Below are positions 58,108-64,000 of a DNA stretch of 64,000 nucleotides, in pieces. The stretch lies in NCBI GenBank assembly GCA_964344635.1, contig CAYFOE010000004.1, forward strand, positions 279 to 64,278. The letters are read 5' to 3'. Under the pieces are notes generated by a model, which did not search any database, had not been told where the DNA came from, and was given only the letters and a program-made list of their open reading frames with translations. The DNA is from Candidatus Woesearchaeota archaeon. GTDB lineage: Archaea; Nanobdellota; Nanobdellia; SCGC-AAA011-G17; UBA489. Position numbers and translations under genes: made by a program. Numbering within the stretch: the stretch's first letter is position 1; the number at the start of each line of letters is the position of its first letter.

Positions 58108-58482
58108 ATGAAGGGCAGCAGTTTCAGTAAGACAGAGAAAGGAAGGCTCGAAGAACTTGCAAGAACCCTCGCAAGAGAGACAAACTGTGGACTGAAGGCT
58201 GGAGGATTTGACTATGGTGCAGATCTAGCAAGCATCGCCGAATACGATATTTCTTTAATCAACAAAGATTTTGACGAATTTGATTCAATGTTTGTATGGG
58301 CATGCGATGACCTTTCATTAGAGAGAAATTATTCAATACCTGTAGAAATAGAAAGCTTTCCCCGACATAACTTTGTTCTTTTTGCCAATGTTAAAGATCC
58401 CCACAGACCTGAGAAGTTTAGGTTATGTTATTGTCCTCTATCAGAAGATAAAGAAGCTGCCAAAGAAGTTCTACGTTACTAA
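58108..58482 (+). CDS. Hypothetical protein between two tRNA genes
   Basis: 124 aa ORF with its own TATA (~58070-58078); fills the gap exactly; no motif recognised. Confidence 0.65.
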   Translation: MKGSSFSKTEKGRLEELARTLARETNCGLKAGGFDYGADLASIAEYDISLINKDFDEFDSMFVWACDDLSLERNYSIPVEIESFPRHNFVLFANVKDPHRPEKFRLCYCPLSEDKEAAKEVLRY

Positions 58483-58485
58483 TAG

Positions 58486-58560
58486 CGGATCCGACAGGAT
58501 TCGAACCTGCGACCTTTTCCTTAGGAGGGAAACGCTCTATCCAAACTGAGCTACGGACCC
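58486..58560 (-). tRNA. tRNA-Arg(CCU)
   Basis: GGGTCCG/CGGATCC acceptor, TTTCC-CTCCTAA-GGAAA, TTCGAAT. Confidence 0.95.
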
Positions 58561-58593
58561 ATAAGTGAGTTGTAGAATTTGTTTTTAAAAACC

Positions 58594-59577
58594 TTATTGT
58601 GTCTCTGTAGAGTTCAATACATATTTGATTATTGCCAATGCAGTGCTTTTTGGATTGTGTCTTAGGATATCCTTTTCTAAAATTAAGTTCTCTTCAATGA
58701 CCTTGACCCCTAAAGCTTCAAGTGTCTCTTTATCATAATCTACTAAGTCAGCCGATTCCTTATGGTATTCGCCTATTAATTTTTCTGAAGGAGCCTTTTT
58801 ATTTACAATTATACAATCTACCTTTTTATGTTGAAGATACTTGTTCAAAACATTGATAAAATCCTCTGCCTTAAAATTATCTGTTTCTCCTTTTTTTGTC
58901 ATAAGATTTGAAATATAGATGATCTTTGCATTTGAATTTTTTATTGCTTCAGGGATCCCCTCCACCAACAAAATTGGAACAATACTAGTGTATAAGTCTC
59001 CAGCACTCAAGATTAAATGAGTTGCATTCTCTATCGCCTCCTTTGTCGGAGGATAAATCTCAGCACTAGGTTCCAAATGAACCTTAGTAATCTTCCCATG
59101 ACTATCATCATTCAAGGTATCTATTTTTGATTCACCTCGTAGAGACATACCGCTCTCATACTCTGCAATCAACTTAACCTTGTCCAAAGATGCAGGCAGA
59201 ACCAAACTCTCATTTGTCTTGAAAATATGATTCATCTCACTAATCGCACCTGCATCAGACCCAGTTATTTTTGCAAGAGCAGTGTAAATCAAATTTCCCA
59301 AAGAATGATCCCTAACCGAAGGACTATCCTTGAATCTAAAATTAAGGAGTTCAACCATCTTTTCAGAAGACTCAGACAGAGCCGCAATATGCCTCCTTAG
59401 ATCCCCCGGAGGAAGTATTCCAAACTCACTTCTCAACACCCCACTTGACCCTCCATCATCGGCAATAGTAAATACAGAAGAAATGTTTGCAAGACTTGAG
59501 AACTTTTTCAGACCCCGAAGTATTGAAAAACAACCACTTCCTCCTCCAAATACTACAAAATTGTAAGGTTTTTCCAT
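58594..59577 (-). CDS. yvcK: YvcK/GlmR (CofD-superfamily) UDP-GlcNAc-binding protein
   Basis: GGGSG, DDGGSSGVLR, LPPGDLR, HSLGNL, GDLYTSIVP, LRHNP. Confidence 0.85.
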   Translation of the reverse strand: MEKPYNFVVFGGGSGCFSILRGLKKFSSLANISSVFTIADDGGSSGVLRSEFGILPPGDLRRHIAALSESSEKMVELLNFRFKDSPSVRDHSLGNLIYTALAKITGSDAGAISEMNHIFKTNESLVLPASLDKVKLIAEYESGMSLRGESKIDTLNDDSHGKITKVHLEPSAEIYPPTKEAIENATHLILSAGDLYTSIVPILLVEGIPEAIKNSNAKIIYISNLMTKKGETDNFKAEDFINVLNKYLQHKKVDCIIVNKKAPSEKLIGEYHKESADLVDYDKETLEALGVKVIEENLILEKDILRHNPKSTALAIIKYVLNSTETQ

Positions 59578-59578
59578 T

Positions 59579-61363
59579 TTAGCCTCTAACCTCTAAGTTA
59601 CATCTCTTTTTATTTAATGCCTTTAGGAGATCTTTCCCTTGAAGACTTTTCTTATTGATTTTTAACTCTCCTTTCTTACTTGTTATCGCAGATGCAATGA
59701 ACTTTCCATTAGCATAAATTTCCAAAGTTTTTCCAGGCTCAGCATAAAAAGTTATACTCTTCTTATCCTCTTTAATAGTATAATCTATTTTATTCTTTTC
59801 TAGTTTAACCTTCCTGACATCTATACCAATACCTAATTCCTTTTCACACTTTTCAATGTTTTTCCCAGCATTTCCAATTATCTTTGCAATTAAATCTTCG
59901 GGCACATAGATTGCCACCTTTGATGAATTCAATAGTTCAGCTTTAATTGCAGAAGAATACTTTGAAAAATATTTTTCAACTTCCTTTTCAGCAAGTTTAT
60001 TCGCGCCAGAAGACTTTTTACTAGAGGTTACAGGGATAACTATAGTCTGCTCTCCATAACTATAGATCTCATAATCGAGCTTATTGGTATTGTAATCTCT
60101 CACCTCAATTACCGGCCTTGCTAAATCAGACTCAGTCATGCCACTAGGAACCTTAACCATCATCTTAAGAGTCAGAACCTTTTCTATTTTACCTGCCTCC
60201 ATGAAAATAATCGTATCTACCACATTAGGAATAACTCCTGTGTCAAGACGCGCAATGAATCTCTGCACTGCATCAATTGCCTGAGCTGCATGGAGAACAC
60301 CAATCATATTAGATCCAGCCAACCTTAAATCTGTATACAAAGTAAAATCTGGCGTGGACCTCATCTCATCAAATAAAATATTGTCCGGCCTTGAGAGGAA
60401 TAAAATGTCATGCATTTCCCCCTCACTAGCAAAATTCTTAGAGTACTGCGTGACCGATTCCGGAAGTTGAAGGTCCCTTGGAGATTCAACAGTTTTAACA
60501 ACCCTATTGTCTCTCACATACCACTCAGCAACCGCCTGAGCTAAAGTAGTTTTACCCGAGCCCGTCTCCCCACAAATAATTATCCCCCTTGCTTGGCGTT
60601 CAATCCTTTCCTCAAGTTCTTCGGGAAGTTTATAATCCTCAAGATTTAGCTTAGTCAACGGATGTACAACAGTTATCTCCCAACCATTTGCTATAGGGGG
60701 TTTAACAATCACAATCCTAAGATTCTTGTACTGGACAACAGTCGTACATTTTTTAGAAATCTCAGTGTAAGATTTTTTATCCAACCTCGTTTTTTCAATA
60801 ATCTCCTGTGCATAAGTTTGCATTTGTTCAGGTGTTAATTTAGTTTTAGTGACCTGTTCTAACTGCCAATTACCTGGCGCACCCTTTTTAGCCATCACAT
60901 AATTACCTTCCTTTAAGTGAAGAGACATGGTTTGATTGTCAAGGTACTTCTGTAAAGTTAGTTCTTCCTGATATTTTACGACTTCTATGAAATCTACAGA
61001 AATTCCCAAGGCCTTTGCTGACTTTGCCTGAACTATGTCTGCAGTAATTAACGTAGCATCATTCTGGAATGCAAGATCTCTGATGTACGCATCTATTTCG
61101 CCAGATTTAGCGTGCTTTATTTGATGTTCAGAAGGTCTATCTCCAATGAACTCTAAGGTGAGTGTTTTCTTTGTCAGATCTCTTATCTCTTGAATTTCTT
61201 CTAGACCAATCAAGCCTATTTCTTTCCCCCTATTTGCCTGATTTTCTAATTCTGCAATCACTGCATGAGGAATTAGAATTTGCCCCTTGGTTATTTTTTT
61301 ATTCTTTATTTTAGATGAAACTATCTTCTCTATGATCGCTGAAGTGTCAATTACATATTTCAT
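59579..61363 (-). CDS. PIN-ATPase-KH protein (PINA-type Holliday junction branch-migration ATPase)
   Basis: N-terminal DTS PIN domain, GETGSGKTT Walker A, LSRPDNILFDEMR, KH motif IIGNAGKNI. Confidence 0.9.
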   Translation of the reverse strand: MKYVIDTSAIIEKIVSSKIKNKKITKGQILIPHAVIAELENQANRGKEIGLIGLEEIQEIRDLTKKTLTLEFIGDRPSEHQIKHAKSGEIDAYIRDLAFQNDATLITADIVQAKSAKALGISVDFIEVVKYQEELTLQKYLDNQTMSLHLKEGNYVMAKKGAPGNWQLEQVTKTKLTPEQMQTYAQEIIEKTRLDKKSYTEISKKCTTVVQYKNLRIVIVKPPIANGWEITVVHPLTKLNLEDYKLPEELEERIERQARGIIICGETGSGKTTLAQAVAEWYVRDNRVVKTVESPRDLQLPESVTQYSKNFASEGEMHDILFLSRPDNILFDEMRSTPDFTLYTDLRLAGSNMIGVLHAAQAIDAVQRFIARLDTGVIPNVVDTIIFMEAGKIEKVLTLKMMVKVPSGMTESDLARPVIEVRDYNTNKLDYEIYSYGEQTIVIPVTSSKKSSGANKLAEKEVEKYFSKYSSAIKAELLNSSKVAIYVPEDLIAKIIGNAGKNIEKCEKELGIGIDVRKVKLEKNKIDYTIKEDKKSITFYAEPGKTLEIYANGKFIASAITSKKGELKINKKSLQGKDLLKALNKKRCNLEVRG

Positions 61364-61461
61364 TTTTATTCTCCGAAACCCTTTTAAGAAAGGGATATTT
61401 GATACATTTGTACTAGATGATTAATAGAATAAGCCCTAATAGTTATCTAGTACACCGGTTT

Positions 61462-62172
61462 TTAATACTTTCTAAGGAACACTAAGAATGCTGTGTGGCC
61501 TAACATTTGATGCTGAGGCCTACAAACCTTCTCTGAAATAGTCCATTCCCTTTCAATTGTCTCGATTATCTTCTCAACTAAAAGATCTTCTTCCTTTGCA
61601 GCCCTAACCAGACTTTGTACCTGAGTAATATTAGGAAGATAACAAACCAAATAAGCTCCAGGTTTTAACGAATCTTTTATCTTGACAAGAATTTTGTCCG
61701 GGTCAGGCAAATCTAGAGTTATTAGATCAAGGCCTGTCTCGTCTATCCCTTCGAAGACGTCTTTATTCTTTATTTTAACCTTCGGTGCAATCTTTTTCAA
61801 ATTTTCTTTTGCTATCCTAAAATGTTCCTTGTTCTTCTCGTAAGTAGTTATATTATCCGTTATATTTGAGAGATATGCTGAAAGAAATCCCGAACCAGAA
61901 CCTGCATCCACTATTTTACTTTCTTCATCAATTCCAGTATGGGCAATTATCGGCCCCGCATCCTTTGCATTAATAACTGCAGGGCCCCTCTTCAGAGTTG
62001 ATAAGATGTCTTGAAACTTTGCATCAAACTTGATCAATTCTTTCCCAATATTAGTTTCAAGCTTAGATTGTTTATTTGAAATATCTTCTTCTTTGGAAAT
62101 TCCATCTTCAGTGTGAAGATCGCCTTTTCTCCAAAAAAACCGTTTACCCTTTGAATTGATAAGAACCTTCAT
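61462..62172 (-). CDS. trmI: tRNA (adenine-N1)-methyltransferase
   Basis: KRGPA, DAGSGSG, TYE, LDLPDP, RPQHQMLGHTAFL. Confidence 0.9.
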   Translation of the reverse strand: MKVLINSKGKRFFWRKGDLHTEDGISKEEDISNKQSKLETNIGKELIKFDAKFQDILSTLKRGPAVINAKDAGPIIAHTGIDEESKIVDAGSGSGFLSAYLSNITDNITTYEKNKEHFRIAKENLKKIAPKVKIKNKDVFEGIDETGLDLITLDLPDPDKILVKIKDSLKPGAYLVCYLPNITQVQSLVRAAKEEDLLVEKIIETIEREWTISEKVCRPQHQMLGHTAFLVFLRKY

Positions 62173-63002
62173 TTTATAAAATCCAAAATCTCCTTATTTA
62201 CTTCCTTACGATACTTATCCAATATAAAAACATGATACGATTCAGGAACAGTCACTATGCTTTTCTGTTTTGAAGCTATATGGCGCATTATGTAATCCCC
62301 ACTATCCTCTCTCACCACCGAATCTTTCTCAGTTTGCATCACCATTATCGGAGACTTTATCTTAGGCAAGCTTTTTTTCGAGAGTTCTATAATTCTAAGT
62401 ACATGATTCAATGATTTCAAAGGAATAGTATTATATGAAACCCTCTTTTTGTCGATTTCTTCTCTGTCTTTGTCCCTCTTCTTTTTTTGAAACAACTTTA
62501 TTCTTTTCAGTATCGGAAATATCAAATATCTAGTAATCTTTTCCCTTCTAAAGTGAATTGGCGTCCCCAAAGTAATTATTCCCTTAATCTTCTTAGACTT
62601 GTTTGCAGAAATCAATGCAAGATTTCCCCCAAAAGAAGAACCAATTAGGTAAATCTCCTTATGATCTTTCTCTAAATTCTCGATTGATTCATTAACAGCC
62701 TCAATCCATTGATAATATTTAGTCACTGCAAGCCTTTCAGGAGAAGTCCCATGTCCTGGAAGTAACGGTGCGTGAGTCGTAATATTGTTCTTAGACAAAT
62801 AAGAAGTTAACTCTTCGAATACCTTTGGACTACTGGTGAACCCGTGAAGAAGCAATGCAGCCTTAGACCCTTTCTTCTTGAAAATAGAATTAGCCCCCTT
62901 CATGATCTTTACAGGGCCCTTTACTTTTCTTTTTATCAGAAAGAAATTAATCTCTGTGTAGATTCTCAGGAATGCAAAGAATCCAATAATATATTCTATC
63001 AT
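62169..63002 (-). CDS. Alpha/beta hydrolase (carboxylesterase/monoacylglycerol lipase type) with N-terminal TM
   Basis: LLHGF, LPGHG, GSSFGG nucleophile, D (EKDSVV), H (SYHV); start moved to ATG 63002 because the longer ORF runs through tRNA-Leu. Confidence 0.88.
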   Translation of the reverse strand: MIEYIIGFFAFLRIYTEINFFLIKRKVKGPVKIMKGANSIFKKKGSKAALLLHGFTSSPKVFEELTSYLSKNNITTHAPLLPGHGTSPERLAVTKYYQWIEAVNESIENLEKDHKEIYLIGSSFGGNLALISANKSKKIKGIITLGTPIHFRREKITRYLIFPILKRIKLFQKKKRDKDREEIDKKRVSYNTIPLKSLNHVLRIIELSKKSLPKIKSPIMVMQTEKDSVVREDSGDYIMRHIASKQKSIVTVPESYHVFILDKYRKEVNKEILDFIK

Positions 63003-63010
63003 TTTAATTA

Positions 63011-63094
63011 TGTGGGAGCAAGGGTTCGAACCTTGGTAGGCACTAAGCCAACGGCTCTTGAGGCCGTCCCGTTTGACCACTCCGGCACTCCCAC
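63011..63094 (-). tRNA. tRNA-Leu(CAA)
   Basis: GTGGGAG/CTCCCAC acceptor, ACGGC-CTCAAGA-GCCGT, long variable arm, TTCGAAC, discriminator A. Confidence 0.95.
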
Positions 63095-63301
63095 GAGTGA
63101 TTTTAACTTGAGAAAGCCCTTTCTTAAATCTTTGTGTTAGGCATTTGGGGAGGAACTAGCTCAATCTTTTCGAAATTACAAGAATTGTTGTGCTTTATTA
63201 ATGAAAGTTAATATGGTTTTATCTGTGATCAACTTAGCACTAAGAAAACTATTCACTGAAAAAAAGTAATATATTTAACTAACACTAAATTATGGGTAAA
63301 A

Positions 63302-63616
63302 ATGAGCGAGGTTCTTAAAAGCATATCGGAGTTGATCAATCTAGATAGGTATTACAAGATCATCCCGCTTGGAGGATTAGCTTTTTCTTTTATGGGAGCA
63401 ATTTATAGTCAGCCTAAGCTTATTAGTGCAGGAATTTTAACTTTCCTTTATGGATTATGGGCTTGGATGATGGGAGCAGGATTTCACATAAAGGCCGATA
63501 TAAAGCTTAGTGTTTTTAGTAAATGGAAACCGGTACATTACATGTTCATTTGGATGGTTCTAATGGCACTGTCTTTTGGAGTATACTTTGTATGGATGTT
63601 TAAAATATTTTTTTAG
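63302..63616 (+). CDS. Small hypothetical membrane protein (3 TMs)
   Basis: 104 aa hydrophobic ORF; TATA about 22 nt upstream. Confidence 0.65.
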   Translation: MSEVLKSISELINLDRYYKIIPLGGLAFSFMGAIYSQPKLISAGILTFLYGLWAWMMGAGFHIKADIKLSVFSKWKPVHYMFIWMVLMALSFGVYFVWMFKIFF

Positions 63617-63719
63617 ACACTTTCTGGACAAATTTGAAAGTTTAAAGACAATCAATTATTTTATGGCCTGGGTTTATTTAATCAAAAAGCTTATAAATAA
63701 TTTTAGGGTTATTGTTGGT

Positions 63720-64000
63720 ATGGTGATAAGAGAGGTTAGTCTTTTTAAGAAAGGTGTACTGCCATTATTAATTGCTTTTAGTTTTAGTATAGCTTTAGTT
63801 TCAGCAGCAATTGTTACTGTTGATACTCCTTCTGCTGCAACTTATGGAAATACAGGTTTGACAATGGGAGTTACATTCGATCCTTCCGGATTGGACAATG
63901 CAACAGGAGCTAATTATTCAGTCAAATTAAATAGTGCAACCTCTTGGACTGTTGTGAGTACTACAATAGTAAATACCTCAGATGGTCAAGCTCTTTGGAA
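63720..64000 (+). CDS. Partial secreted protein, probable paralog of 18244-19515
   Basis: Open to the right edge: MVIREVSLFKKGVLPLLIAFSFSIALVSAAIVTVDTPSAATY...SWTVVS resembles AQVTIDTPAATASY...TWTNVS; TTATAAAT at 63691-63698. Confidence 0.75.
   Translation, partial: MVIREVSLFKKGVLPLLIAFSFSIALVSAAIVTVDTPSAATYGNTGLTMGVTFDPSGLDNATGANYSVKLNSATSWTVVSTTIVNTSDGQALW

Noticed and set aside
59579-61363. ATPase as the missing pilus motor (TadA/PilT-like)
   Set aside because: PIN-ATPase-KH architecture is PINA, a DNA-repair protein flanked by housekeeping genes.
63003-63080. N-terminal extension of the 303 aa hydrolase ORF
   Set aside because: Translates through tRNA-Leu(CAA); real start is ATG 63002.
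1-64000. CRISPR array, rRNA, IS elements
   Set aside because: No regularly spaced repeats, rRNA signatures or transposase ORFs; intergenic gaps are all under ~300 nt.

Overview
AT-rich archaeal chromosome segment, most likely from a DPANN (Woesearchaeota/Pacearchaeota-like) cell. The assignment rests on the Methanococcales-type S-layer gene, AglB, many KKGQ-type class III signal peptides, PINA, TrmI, secF-secD order and intron-less, CCA-less tRNAs. Left to right: (1) a long ORF running off the left edge and absent from the ORF track, read as 3 winged helices plus a PD-(D/E)xK-like nuclease, with atypical codon usage; (2) a surface-structure locus with two giant Cys-rich secreted paralogs, five pilin-like proteins, the S-layer protein, a SecB-like protein and two membrane-anchored paralogs; (3) tRNA-Ser, a frameshifted alaE-like pseudogene, arsC, a sequon-rich surface protein, an AI-2E permease, a RimB/RimK pair and SpoIIM; (4) a ~25 kb N-glycosylation locus (aglH, aglB, wecB, glycosyltransferases, flippase) with a legionaminic-acid-type nonulosonate pathway and tailoring enzymes; (5) secD (with PDZ-like repeats) and secF, two Cys-rich membrane-anchored proteins and a pilin with an inserted beta-helix; (6) an FMN glutamate synthase-like gene, tRNA-Gly/Arg/Leu, YvcK, PINA, TrmI and an esterase. 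No CRISPR array, rRNA, transposase or integrase was seen. The best candidate for an undescribed system is the giant Cys-rich protein plus minor-pilin operon, whose paralogs carry swapped internal hydrophobic segments (possible host attachment or membrane-insertion apparatus). All family calls come from motif recognition by eye; no searches were run.
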